Assembly: GCA_036172245.1 (NCBI GenBank)
Contig: JAYWIR010000026.1
Location: 2,914,001-2,978,000, forward strand
DNA: 64,000 nt
Origin: Raillietiella orientalis
Lineage: Eukaryota
Direction: 5' to 3'
The notes beneath the pieces were generated by a model that was not told the DNA's origin, did no database searches, and was given only the letters and a program-made list of their open reading frames with translations. This document shows positions 34,588 through 47,500 of this stretch, piece by piece. Position numbers and translations under genes: made by a program. Position 1 is the first letter of the stretch, and the number at the start of each line of letters is the position of its first letter.

Positions 34588-37500
34588 TCTCCCGGATGTG
34601 TGCTGCGGTTATCACGTGGATCTCCTTTAGGAGCGCCAGGTTGATCTCGTGCAGTGTGTCGGCCGTTTCTCGTTTGTTGCTGTCGCTGAGCAGCTTGTTT
34701 ACGTTCCAGCATGCCAAGCGAATTGGACGGCGTCAGGCGAGTTTACATATCCATCCTGGGAAAGTGGCAGTGCGACTCCCACCACCTGATCGTGCTGGAC
34801 GCTAGAAAAGAGAAGCGCTTCGCGCGGCATTTCGCCCTCCTCCCGCGAGGTCGACTGATCAGCAGGTCTGCTTGGAAGGACCGGAGCATCTCCCACCTGT
34901 TATGGGAATAGGTCTGTCAGGAGAGGCGAACATTGGGGTCGCGCCACCCACGTGCTCACCATCCTTCATGGGGGTTAGCTGCGATGCGACGTCCGGGCGT
35001 GGCAGATTCCCGTCGTGGGTTTCCACACTGTCCCTTGCCCCCTGAAGTGCCGGATTATCCATATCGCACCGAGGTCTGATGGATCACTTAGGCTTCTGGG
35101 ACCTACGTTCCGACTTCCGGGGTATAACTCCGTGGAGAAGGACTCGCTTACGGCATTCGGGACAGACTCGACTGCCTCCGCAGTTTCCATCGCCGCCGGT
35201 CTTCTCCCTTCCTTGCCCGATGGGTTTGCACGTTCTAGCAAACAGGTCGCGAGTTCTTCCGCCACTCGTTCTAAAGCGGCGTCATAGCTCCTGTCGAGAG
35301 TGTCACGCGGCTCACCGTCAGTGCAGGCGGAGGGTTCACCCTCACGGTCGTCCTGCTCAGCGGAGACGACAGTTGCAATTTCGCTGAGGGAGGCGGAGTC
35401 CAGAGCCTCCACGAGTTCCAATGTTTTCACCCGGGTAAGCTGGAGGTTTTATTATCTTAAAAAACAAAATTACAATTTATAATTGCAGTCGCTTGATTTT
35501 TCATTGTTTTTGTGTTCCTCTTGGAATACTTTTTCTTATTGTTTTGCACTTGTTTACCGACTTGTGTGCCGGTAAGGCCTACTCCACTCGCGAAGGGGAC
35601 GGGAAAAAAGAAAAAAAAATACACAAAAAAGCAGAAAAAGTCCTGAAGGACATTGTTTATGGGGAGGGGGAGGGAAGGGAAGGGATCACTGCTCGCCGAG
35701 GGGAAGCCTCGGCATCTGGTTACGGATGCTAACAAGTGCTAGCAGAATTTTCCTAAGCCGGCGCCAACGGGAAGTCTACTCCATGGAGATCACCGCCCAG
35801 TGGATGGCATTCCGACTGCTGCGGCCTCTTATCGACGCGTTCCACTTGTCCAGTAATCCTCGTATGCAGCAGAGAACTGCTACACACGCAGCACCTGGCA
35901 GGGAGTTTCGCATCAAGAGGCGACGAAAAATGTTTTTAGGGTCGCCCACCGCTACGTTTATGGCCGAAGAGAGTCGATCCCACGTTCGGCGGAGGGCAAC
36001 ACATTCGATGAGTAAGTGGGGGAAGGTCTCCCTTTCTCCACACTCAGTACAATGGGCATCCACATTCTCCAATGTCCAGTAAGACAGGCGTGCTCTGCTC
36101 AAAAGTCCCCAATGGAGCACAAGCAGCGCCGTCTCCTGCCAATCCAAAGGGAGAGTGCCACTGTCCCAATACACCAGGGGCCACTTCACCTCCTCTGGAG
36201 GTATGTTGAGCAGCTCGCCCTAGTGCACAAGTCCATTCGGCGTGACACTCGGGGTACTAGTGTCCCGTAGTTCCCGGGACGTCCTCGCGTTCAATAGGAC
36301 ACCTCCCACGATGCCTCCTCTTGGCTGTCCCTGGCTTCTCAGAGGAAGGGCAGTACAATTCAAGGTAGGTGAAGGAAGCCCACAGAAGTTTCCTTGGGTT
36401 GCATATGATCTCCTGCAGGGGGTGCCCAGTGTCCCTACCTCGACGGAGGCAGAAGTCCACATCGCTGGAGCCGTTGATTGTTGCCCACGCGAAAACGGAC
36501 TCCTGGAGCCAGGTAGTCCAGTTTGCAGGGCTGCAGGAGATCCACGGGTTGCTCCTCACCAGGGCCATCAATTCATGTAGCTGTGAACCACAATGGTACA
36601 GTCTACCGTCGTTGGCTACGAGGACTAAAGTCAGCCCATCGCAGCCGGTTGCCCTGTGGGCGAGGAGTCTTGCCGGAGCACACCAAGGTGCTTGCCAGTT
36701 CTTTGTCACAAGGAAAAGTTTTCTAAATTGGAGCTGTAGCTTTATGCGCTCGAACGTCAGGATACCAAGTCCACCGTCCCTGCGTGGAGAGCACATGTCT
36801 TTAAGTCGGACGCGGGGCCTCTGGTTACCCCAAAGGGCTTTCCTGATGAGGCCCCTTGTCCGTGTCCTAATTTGGGGAAGTTTGGGGCACACAAAAAGTA
36901 GAGGGCGAATGAGGGGGGCCGCAAAGGCGTTCCACACCAAGGCCCGTTCTCGCAAGTAAAACTTGCCGTCCCGGAACGGGCCGATCGCTAACTCTACCTT
37001 TTGAAGACGGTCGGACCAGGCTTCTGCGTTCCAATGCATCCGAGCATCTGCAGAGATTTTCCCTGCGCGGTTTTGCATTTTCAGCATCGCGCGTTGCTCT
37101 TGTTTCTGCATTCGGTTGCTGTTTTTGCTGTGTTTTGTGATTCTTTCGGGGCTTCACCAACTGCCAACCGTACAGGCCCTCAGCTTTCTCGGAGGTTTCC
37201 TCGTTTGACGCGTGCTGGACAAGTTGAAGCTGCGACAGCTTGTACCGCCCTTCCCTTTCAACTTCTCTTTTATTCCTGTTATGTTCGCGTATCCCTTGAT
37301 CTATCTCCGCTGCAGGGGGAAACGGGGTAGCGCGTTTTGGGCACACTCTGCACACGTGGTCCTTTTCTTTGCATACGTGGCACTCGATGTTCAGACACTT
37401 TCTTCAAGGTGGCCTATGGCATCACAGTAACCACAGTACTTGGGCTTTTCTACATACTATACGTCAACCCACTTGTGGTTGACTTCTTATTTACGGGGGA

Positions 37501-38150
37501 GCCTACGGTGTTCGTGGACCTTCACACGCCCTGATGCCGCTTCGCTGAAAAGGCCTCGTAAATCATGGATTTTGGCCATAGCGCATGCTCATTCCCGTGT
37601 TTTTTTAATTCCGTACTAACCGCAGTTCTCGTTATGCGATTTTTAATTCCTGTGAGTTGAACGACCACTGATCGGTCCATCAAGACCGGGAAGATCTTTC
37701 GTCCCTCCACTGTAAGCAGTGTGTTCATCAGGAGCTGCGTCAGACATATCCTTACAAGTCAGCTCAAAGCGCTGAGCACCGCTCAGGATGGAGAGACCAT
37801 CCAGATCCTCTTCGCGAACATTCAACGACTGCAACACCCTCGTGAAGGAGCGTGCAGTATTCCCGGCAAACAAAGGGCACAGCTTATATACAAGCGAAGG
37901 ATTGTATGCGCTGGCCCTGTACGCTGCCTGTTCAGCCAAAGGCTCCGCACTTGGTGCGGCCACGATGGCGCTTTACTTCCTCGCCGTCAGTGTGGACGTT
38001 TCTACTGGGGCGGTTGCCTTCATTTTTCAAGGTTCAGGAGAGGCGCAAGCCTCTCCAACGCCTATCTGCAGCGCGATGTCCTCAGGCAACGCTGCCATTG
38101 GACACCAGCGACTCCACACACAAACACAGTTCAAAAACTTCCCACTAACC
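34588..38150 (-). mobile_element. X-type element 5' half (ORF1 with decayed knuckles + APE N-terminus), interrupted by the C insertion at 35424-37027
   Basis: AYRASAYNPSLVYKL, CKEKDHVCRVC, ACWNVN...LLKEIH. ORF1 reads through (SDALE/LVEALD) once the insert and one TSD copy are removed. Confidence 0.8.
35424..37027 (-). mobile_element. 5'-truncated family C copy with 9-bp TSD GTTCCAATG (35415-35423, 37028-37036)
   Basis: KVELAIGPFR...PRRDGGLG...CTEC...HLLIEC. 3' end is AATAAA...CCCGGGTGAAAA. Exact flanking direct repeat. Confidence 0.9.
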
Positions 38151-38705
38151 GAAATTCGCGGAGCGCGACAAAAGCACGTCCGCCCGATCGTGTGCAGCAA
38201 CTTGTTCTCAAGTGGTAGGAATCGATCGAACTTGTCTTCACGGACGTGTATGCGCCGAGCCGCCCTGCGCGTCGCACCGAAAGGCTCGAGATTCTACAGG
38301 GACTGCGCGGCCGTTGGCTCAGCGATTCCGACCTCGACGTGGCCCACTACGTTGCCGGGGACTTTAACCTCCTCGTGCTATCATAGGAGATACACCGTCG
38401 CCAGAAGAAGCGGCTAGTGAACAAACTGTTCCTGTCAGTGCACGCTTCGAATGGCTGACGATCCTGGGATGCGTACTTTGACGGACCATGCGTTCCACTA
38501 CGACCACCTTCTCTGTCGGGTGGGTTGAAGAGCTCTCATGCCATCCGAGGTTCCCGATTACCACAAGTCGGAATTTGAGCTTCTACCGCCTGAAAATGGC
38601 CTTCCGACGCACGACTGGATGTCGCCGCCCGACTGGCTAACAAATTTGGTGGCGGCGGGGCACCTCCTCCAGCATCTTTGGGGCTTCGTCGTTCGAAAGC
38701 TCATT
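38150..38705 (+). pseudogene. D-type APE fragment, degenerate
   Basis: QQLVLKW, VAGDFN, HKSEFELLP, DWL...HLLQHLWGFV. Collinear with 28270-28840. Confidence 0.75.
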
Positions 38706-39270
38706 TCTCACCCGGGTGCACCGGGACGTTTATTCTTTCGAACAAAACAAGTCAAGAGTCTGTGGCTTAACTAGTGGTCCAGCCACGCGCGAACAAACAA
38801 TAGCAACCCTGCCGGGTCACCAGTTTGCAGACCGAAACGGTCCAGCGCGACAGCAGAGGGAGCAGGGACAAAACAAAAAGAAAAAACAAAAAACAAATAT
38901 ATAAAAACAACATCTGAGGGGCACGGGGAGGGATTACAATTTCCTGGGGCACCGCTACATCCATTCTAGGATGCTGGAAAACTTTTGTTGCATCTGTATA
39001 TCCAGGTGGGTCCATCCTGTTGCCATCTTCATAAATTTAGCGACGCATTGGACGGCACCCTTATAGCTTGGTCCTCCTGTTGTATTAATCCAAACAGCGA
39101 CGATCTCGCGAACGTAGCACAGGGTTTCTAACGAGGCTGCAGGCCGGAGGGCATAGCAAACAAAGGGGGTTTTAATTGAGTCTCTGAGGTTGCCGCAGGA
39201 GATTCCGATGGCCTCGGCGAAGCTGTTCCAAAGGGGACAAAGAGCAACACAATCCATAAGGAGATAGAAG
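38706..39270 (-). mobile_element. Family A 3' fragment (ORF2 end + 3' UTR)
   Basis: DCVALCPLWNSF...LRPAASL...ATGWTHLD. 3' UTR contains CCTGCCGGGTCAC. Confidence 0.85.
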
Positions 39271-42200
39271 AGGTACTTTTATTTCCGTTTCCCATGCCTC
39301 CTTGATCAGAGGTCAAACCAGGATTCTCTTGACCCGTTCTATGTACTGTAGCAAATAAGATTCGTCGGGGATCAACGGGAGTGCGAAGCAGCTTTGCGTC
39401 CACGTTTACTATTTAGTGTCAGTATCTGGTGTGACAAGGGTCAATTTCCATCGAGACAAGAGAGATGAGATGTACATCTTCCTTTCAGAGATGATCGCCT
39501 TCATAAAGGTTCGCTCCAGGCTTCTGTGCTCTTCTTCTGACGCTTACGATACCCCTAAGAACAAACCCTGCAAAAGGTCAACCTCTGACAGCACACTTGC
39601 GTAGAGAGAGGATGCCGATCCGTAAAGTTCTGCTCAGCTCTGCAAACTATCCCCATCTGCGAATGGGGTGTCTTTTCAGCTTTTCGTTTATAATGCCTAG
39701 TAAGTCGAGCACCTTCAAAAGGGATCCCGCCGTCTCGACACGACTCAGTTTGTGGACGAGACTGATGTTATTCCTCTTATACGGGTACGCGCTCTCTTCA
39801 GCAATAACTGCCGCTGTAGAGGTAGCAGCGAAATCCCTGCACAGTCTGCCTCGAGCAGAAGGCGATGCTGTTCATTAATGATTCGTGATAGTCGCAGGCC
39901 TTTTTTGCTCGCCCTACCATCGACCGCAGAAATCCACAACCATTTAAGTTGGCATGGATTTTCAATAGAGCAGCACTCGGGAAATGGGTTTGTACGGCAT
40001 TCCAGTGCGATGTGGTAAAGGTGAGCAGAATTTGGAATCAGGAGAACGCGCTGTCGTCCTTATCTGTATCCACACCCAGCAAATGTGCATTTTTGGGTGA
40101 TGGAGATGCACCCTCACGATCCTCATGACTCAAATTGGCGATGACGTCACGGAGTTATTGAAACGGTTTGGCGCTCCCTCGCGCGGACACATTTTGTTTT
40201 TGTATATTGCTCTCAGCTCTTCCATTTCCACGGTCATCCTGGTGGAAGTCAAGTACATCCGATGCTTCTGTCCCTGAAGACGTTGCTGGTATGAGTCACG
40301 ATGGTCTCACTCTGAAGGTTACGAAGTACGCCTGCTGCCGCTTGCGGCTTCCAACTCAGCGCGGTCAAGCAGCAATCGAAACTGGAAAGAAGACGATCTC
40401 GTAGTCTTACCGACCAATGCGCTCTCCACACAGACGCACGCATCGCACGCTTCTCCCGTCTACGCGAATGGGAGGGCATGTTGCAGGAGCTCAATAGGTT
40501 GTCCTCTGCAGTGCCTCTTGAACATGAAAATCTCCTCAGAAGACCTTTGAAACCAAAAACTCGAAGCGCCTTGCTGCATTATCTCTTCAGCTGCCAGCAA
40601 TTTTTGAGGTCTCACATTCACCTGAAGCAGCAGTGATCCACGCCAACATCCTTATGAAGCTCATCATAGCAGCCTCCCACGCTCGACTTGCTTCCGGTGC
40701 GCAATCGCCCCCTCAGAGTGTTGCCGGTGCTGCCTCGTCCGCTAAAAGCGGCTCTTCCCTGCCGCCCGCGGTTCTCTATGACACGCGCGTCTTCGCGCGC
40801 TTGACCGATGCGTTTCCTTCGGAGGTCAGAATCGAGCAGCTGAGGTCTTCATGCAGTCTGAGAGCAGGCCAAAGCTTTCGATTCACGTCCACCGCTATTC
40901 CAGTGGTGGACCTTCTACTAGCTCATTTTCCACATGTCGATGCTCAGGGATCGGTGGAACCCCAAAAATGTTTCTACCGAATGTGTGTTGCTATTATATC
41001 GGAGATTAAAGAGGAAGATACCCTGGTCGGGAAAGTTTGTTGTGAGCTCGGACAAGGAAAGGACATGAGGGCGGCGTCGACATTGAGAGAATGCGCTGTG
41101 AGCTTGAATATTCGATCTACTTGACCTTGTTGCACGCTGCAATACATAAGAGTGGATCGGAGCTGGAATTAATGATTCGGGATTTTGCAGGACCAATGCA
41201 GCAGCAATCAGTAAAATTTTCAAGCATGCAAAAATTGCGTTCCAAATTTGAATAAATGACGGTAATGGTGAATTGGGATTGCCGAATGCAGATTGAAGCG
41301 TGTGAGCAAGATGGAATGACTGTTCCGGAAAGACCCTGAACCATGTCCCTGACGTTGATCAGTATATGGATTGCTGCATGAATCAATATACATTACGGAA
41401 GTAGATGCACTAATATTGTATATGAACTCGCATATGCGTGAGTAGGCCGATATACAGATTTCTTTTGGCATATATACTTCTAAATATTTATTGGGGGGCA
41501 TGTTGGAAGCGAAATCAATATATGTTTCTGATCTATTCGTGCATAAATCACATATAAATGAACGACAGAACATTGTAAATACTCAAATAGTATGTTAATC
41601 ATGTATATTCATGCTCATGTTTGTATATAAATCAACATATGAATTGATTTGTATATTTTGAAAATACGTATGAACATTTACGTTTATTAACGCAATGCGC
41701 AATATTTATTAATATGTCTAGCACTGATTCTAAAAAAATCAATGTGCACGTTTTTGCTGAAGTACATTAATGCGTTTTCAAATAATCAATGTAAATGCAT
41801 GGAGTGTAAATATCGTATTCTAACAACAACCAAATACAGGAGACCATCCAAAACAGTAAAAAGGAATAAAAAAGAAACAAAGAAATAGATGGATGTAAGG
41901 GAATTTTGTGTTGGAGTTTAATTTCCCCTTTCAACACTCAGTAAAAAACACTCTCAGAAAATGGCAAATTTTATTTCCGGTATTGTGAGCAGCGATGAAA
42001 AATTTTATAGTAATTCGGTAATTACATATTCCCATCATATTTATCTGTTACGTGTATTCACGTATATTAATATACATCGTAAGCACACATACCCATTACG
42101 CATAAACCTTACAATACATCTCAACCAATACATTAATCAGTATGCAGATTTGCATATCAAGAAATGCAACCCTGCTGAAGGTCTTTGGAATGCAGCCCAA

Positions 42201-42449
42201 CTGAACCCGCACAAGGCGACAGCTGCAACTGCCGCGAGCGTGGCGCAATCACCTTGCCAACGCGCCAACGAACCGACATCACCAGACAGTCCCTACAGGG
42301 ATATCAGGGATTCTTCTATCGGCGCCAACCTTAAAGAGAGGCGTTTCTTGGCTCCTGGATTTACAGACTCTTCACGGCACTTCCAGCATTTCCTCCCACC
42401 AAAGCTGGGCGACCCGAATTCCGACCTGGAGAACACGCCTTCTGCAACA

Positions 42450-43560
42450 GCTCTTTAACAGTCAAGGCGCTGCGCACACGCTGGCAAGATCCGCGTCTTT
42501 CGCAATTGCGACGCCCGCTTCCCCTTTCCTGTTACTTCGATTCAAGGGAAAAGGAAATGTTTCTCTTTAGTTTCTTCCGCTTCGGTGTCAAAGGCGACTG
42601 TTCCGGGAATATCCGCAGCCTGCCGTAGCAATGGCAACTCCACGCGGCATGCGTCGCACGCTGGGGCCCGAAGCTACTCCGAAAGAGGCTGGAAGCGCGA
42701 AGATGACGCTGCGATCCTCCATCCAGGATTCCTGAATCGCCCTGCCAAGCTCGCAAAGGCAACCCCCAACACACCCACTGCGGGAGGGACAGAGCGTCAA
42801 GGAACCCTGGCTTGATGTGATCTAGCGACTCGTTGCGACCTCCTCCTGGTCCTTTCATCAAATGCAACAACCCGAACAGCGTGCAAAGCCGCCTTGTGCG
42901 GGTGCTGTGAGTCAGCAGGTTTGAACATCGCCACATCGGTGCGACAATGCCGAGGGTGCTGCGTACCCTCGAGCAGTGCAAGCAATCGGCACCCGCAGGA
43001 AGTCGGAACCTTTGGCAGCACTGGTAGCAAGTAGAGTGCCCTCCACGGATAAAAGAGGTGGCGGATCGTTGTCGGCGAAGTCTGGAAGCGACTGGTGGTT
43101 CTTCGGCAGCGAGGATGCTGCACCCTCAACAGGGATGCCATTTCTTCTGTGCAGAGTGCCGCAGCGCTGGTGAGGCCCTCGTACACGGGCAGTGGTGGAA
43201 AGAGGCAGTTGTGCCACCTGGGAAAACGGGCGTCTCGCCAACTGAACGCAGAGAGGTAAGCGCATGGCTGCGCGCAGTTCCACCAGGGAGCTCCTAGCTC
43301 GGAAAGGCTCGATCCTGGTTAGAAGGTTTGCGTTTCCACGTGGCGGATGCAAATCCCAGAATGATCGAGCAGGGCGATGTGCACACCCGGAAGGCGCGCC
43401 AAGCTTTTTCCAATTTTTTTCTGCTGCCAGAATTCCAGGATTACCCGCGAGCTGGCACTGGGATCCGAATTGCCGACACATGCCATTTGTAAGGAATCGT
43501 TGCTTCCTTTGTGCTGCAGGGTGGGGATTTCGTGTGCATTCTGCAGGGTGTTTCAGCATC
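42450..43560 (+). pseudogene. Highly decayed Tx1-like RT / C-terminal remnant
   Basis: Faint ordered motifs: FGV(K)GDCS, EDDAAIL, DKRGGG, WHWDPNC. Confidence 0.35.
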
Positions 43561-44599
43561 TGATCGTTGAACAGGGAAAGAAGATGGATGAAGGTGCTGA
43601 ATAACTTCGCCGCTATCAAGTGACCATTGCCTGTTTCGGGCATCTAATTCAGTTCTCTCGTGGAGAAAACGTTTTGTCAATGCGAGTGTGTGTACAGCAA
43701 CTTTAGTCAGTCTCTTGGACGCTCTCTTGCTTTTCTACGAGCTAAAAGGGACGTCACTATCCGCAAGTGGATGATATACAACGTCGTTGGCATCTGCTTC
43801 TCACACTGCAACCAGAATTTCCACATCCCGCGGTCACCCTCTGCTTGCAGTTTTTCCCAATGAGCACGGGTGCTATCTGTGCTACCTTGCTACTGTTTCC
43901 CTCTCCTCGTGCTTCCGACGACTATCATTTCATCATTGTTCTTCGAGGGGACGAAGGGTGGTAGCAAATTTATGTATGCACTGACTAGGGAACTTTTCCG
44001 ATGCCTGCACGAGGGCTGCATAGGGAGCCCAGGTTCCACAGGAAACCATTGCCCATTGGCACTTGCTAGGTTTGCGTCGAAAAGCAGCCTCGTTGTGGAT
44101 TCGAAACATTTTCTGAGCGATGCTCAGAACCGTTTTGTGCCTAGTGGAAGTTTCCATCGCCTTTTGGCGTCTGTGGATGTGTCGTATCACGGCCCATCCG
44201 TTGCCTTTTTCTGATCTTCAAAGATGGTCAAGGGACAGCTCGTTTTCTTTTCATGTGCTGCTTTTACTTGACGTCGGGAAGTCCGTGTCACATACTCGAA
44301 GTTATCTTCAGTTGTTAATCCTCACCGCACGGCGACCCACAAACAAAACCCGGTTGCTCCCGAGGACTGCATCTCTCATTGCAGCATGCCTGCGAAGGAT
44401 CGACTGAGCTTGTACGTCGATTCTGTTTTTCATTGCACCCGCTCGAGAGTTTAGGGATAAGGAAGCTGGAGATGTGACACACTCGGTATAACGGCGGCGA
44501 TGGGGGAGACAACCTACGCTCCTTGTAGTGACATGGAGACATGGCTCGTGCAGGAGTCGTTCTAAAGACAGAAAATTTGTAACATGAGAGTACTCTTTT

Positions 44600-47500
44600 T
44601 GTTTCGTTGCTTCAGCAGCCTAGCCTGCGGGAAGGACGAAGATACGTAGGTTTCCGTGCTATCTGTGCCTCTTGAAGAGCACGGTTTATTAATTTGTTCC
44701 TCCCACATGTACCTTCTCGTCCATCCTGTTCGACTTTCTTCTTCCAGTTTGACTGGGACAGTTTATCATGGGGTAATCCATGGAAGTACACGAGTCCCGT
44801 TGCCATCTCTGTGCACTTACACTGTTGTTGAGGCCAATGTCTTTACTTCTGATCGCTGGAAGCGAAACATGGGAGGTCTGTTGAATGCGCTCCTGCCAGC
44901 ATTGAAGTACGCTGAGAGTAACCGCGGTACGATGGCATTGCCCTCCGTAGCCCATTAATATGGCACATCTCTCGTCTCTGCAATGACTGGCACTGTTGAA
45001 GATTCTTGGGGAGAAATGCACCCTAGGTTTCCGTCTCTCCCCAAAGACCCGCACTTTTTCGGGAGACTGTTTTCACGCGGAACTTCTCTGGAGGCTGTCG
45101 TGTAAACAGAGGTTCTCCAGTTTACGCATGAGTGATCTATCTCACAACGGCATATTCGCACTAGTGTGGCACGAGACGACAATCAGGATGCAGCTATAAG
45201 TCGTGCTGATTACTGTTTGTCCCGCAGGGTATGCGGTTATCCTGCCGTAATGGTGGCCTCTGCTGTATCTCCATAATTTTCCACCCAAAGCATGAACCCA
45301 GATCTCCTTCCTCGATCCCTCAGTCCAGAGGATGACCCGCCCGGTGCGTACATTACATCCTTTTTATTGGCAATTCCTTCAGGGAGGGGCTTGCACCACG
45401 TGGCAAACCGAGATCGTGGGGCTCTTTGAGGTCTTTTGCTGCTGATCCCTGGGTAACTAGTTTGGAAGCGAGAGAATGCGAGATGTTCAGAAGACTTGTT
45501 TTGCCTTCACTACGTTTTACTTTTAAGTTTTCTTGCTTAGGAACTGCTTCATCGCGTTATGCGTTTTTCTCTGATTTACACATCCTTGAACTAAGAATTG
45601 CTGTTGCTTTGAGATCCCGCCTGGGTTACATTGCTACAAGTCGTTAAGCTTTTTGCTCCTTCTTCTTTCCTGAGCTCGTTAGAGGAAATGCTTCTTCACA
45701 TGATCTGGTATCAGCCTGCTTTATGGCTGTAATGGGTCTTGGGAGTTCCTTTGCAATTCCTTTGGGGAATTGGTTCCTGGCAGTGTCGATGTGTGCAAAA
45801 AGTTTGTCAGAGGGCTGTCAATAAATTGTAAGCATGAATTGAAAACTCCGGAGTATTCGGTAACGAGGAAATACGCTCTCGTAATATGTAACACTGTCCT
45901 ATGTTTCCCAAGGTGGACCATAGGTTTGAGGTACCCATGGCAGCGTAATAGCGTGTGTACTTTTACGAGGACTCCTCCAGCTCTCGTTCTATGTTGTGTA
46001 GCTGCTTTTGTGAGCGGGTTGGATGGCTTGATTTACAGTAGGTATCATTCAGACTAGGAGGCTATAAATTGTGCAGTTGCTTACGCGTGGTATGATACTA
46101 GAGTACTAATTTCTTAGGAAAATAGCGCTTCTACGTTTTTGTTATCTTCACTTCGTGCATGGTACTAAGATGGAACATATGTTCTTCTGCAATTTCCTTT
46201 AGGAAATTCCTAGCATGGAGTGAAAACTAGGGTTGCCCAGATCTGCAATGCATTCTTGCATATTCGGTGAAGTGTCCTAGTTCATTTAAGGTTGTCATCT
46301 GTCTTTTGGCAATCATTGAGAAATACTTGGAGGAGGTCGCAGTGTCTCCTTTTGCTCTTCAGTAGTGCAGTAGTTGCAGTCAGGTCGCATTTAGCTACAC
46401 CCTAGGTTTCTTTTTCATCTCCAAGATCACCACCCTTTTGAAGGGACTGTGACCACCGCAAACACCTCTGCCAGCTGTCGTTCAAAACAGATTTCTTTAA
46501 GCGTGTCAGTTGTTGAAGAGCATGGCTTGCATCTCCTGGAAGCACCGAGTTCTTGGGACTCTTTGCTAGATGTCTCACTTTGCTACTATGGTCCGATTGC
46601 AGCATGAGAGTCCGGAATCCATTTTGTAGAAACGAATTTACTTGCACAATACGGTATCCAAAAATTGATTGCATGTCGTAATAGAAATTGATAGTAACAT
46701 CCATGGCTGCTTAAAACAGCAAGCTGGGATAATGCTTCTCGATTGTGAAGCGATTCTTTCGATCTGTATAGTAGTGGGCAACCCAAGCACGATAGAACTT
46801 CGCTTTAAGCACTAACCCTTGGTCTCACTTGTGGTTGCATCAGAGATCGCTTAAAGCAGCCTGCTTTGCTCAGCCAATCTTGCCGCAGACCTTCTAAGAG
46901 CGCAATGCGTTCTTGGCGACTGTGGCTATTGTCGTGCGCCTACACGTTCATTTTCAACCAGTCCAATCCCATCGGACAACTTGTGACCACAAGTGCCTAA
47001 CTTGACCTTCTCCGTCGAAATGATCGTCGTGCAGCGCATTTGCGACAGCTGGCTTCAGCAATGGAGCCATACCTCGGGTGTAGTCTGCTCCTGTACGCCA
47101 TAATAGCCTCCCTTCTGAGATCATTTCGATTTCCTCTAGTAAAAGCGTCATCTGGTGAATGAATAGCTGGACTTTTGCCCTTTCTTCTGCATTTCCTTTA
47201 AGCATGAATTGACATTTAGTAAACTTGCTCGCAATGGATTGCTAGCATGCAACTTCTTCCACTTTATTTCTTCCACATTCGTTTAACTGCAGGCACCTCG
47301 TGCTTCGCATTTTTGTAGTTTTGTTGATCAGCTTGGAGCGGACAGTGCATTCACTGGTCCTGTGTGATGGAATGTTATGCTGCTGCTGAGTGTTCAGTGT
47401 TTCTTAATTTACGGGAAGATATTTACTTTAATATTCATCCGGTGACAATGCAGCAGCGCCGTATTTAAGCTTGATGCTGATCTTCGCATCTTCGTTTCTT

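Noticed and set aside
19255..34620. One giant D composite inserted in a single APE host with a TSD
   Set aside because: The two APE flanks overlap in homology but share only GAGAT and differ in decay level, so they are different hosts.
39700..41120. RLE-type RT remnant, or the 163-aa ORF as a gene
   Set aside because: Only faint motif hints (RPFLL, LLKRFGAP) and no recognisable domain in the ORF. Too weak to annotate.
41330..42180. AT-rich block as a MITE with terminal inverted repeats
   Set aside because: Could not establish convincing TIRs or a TSD by eye.
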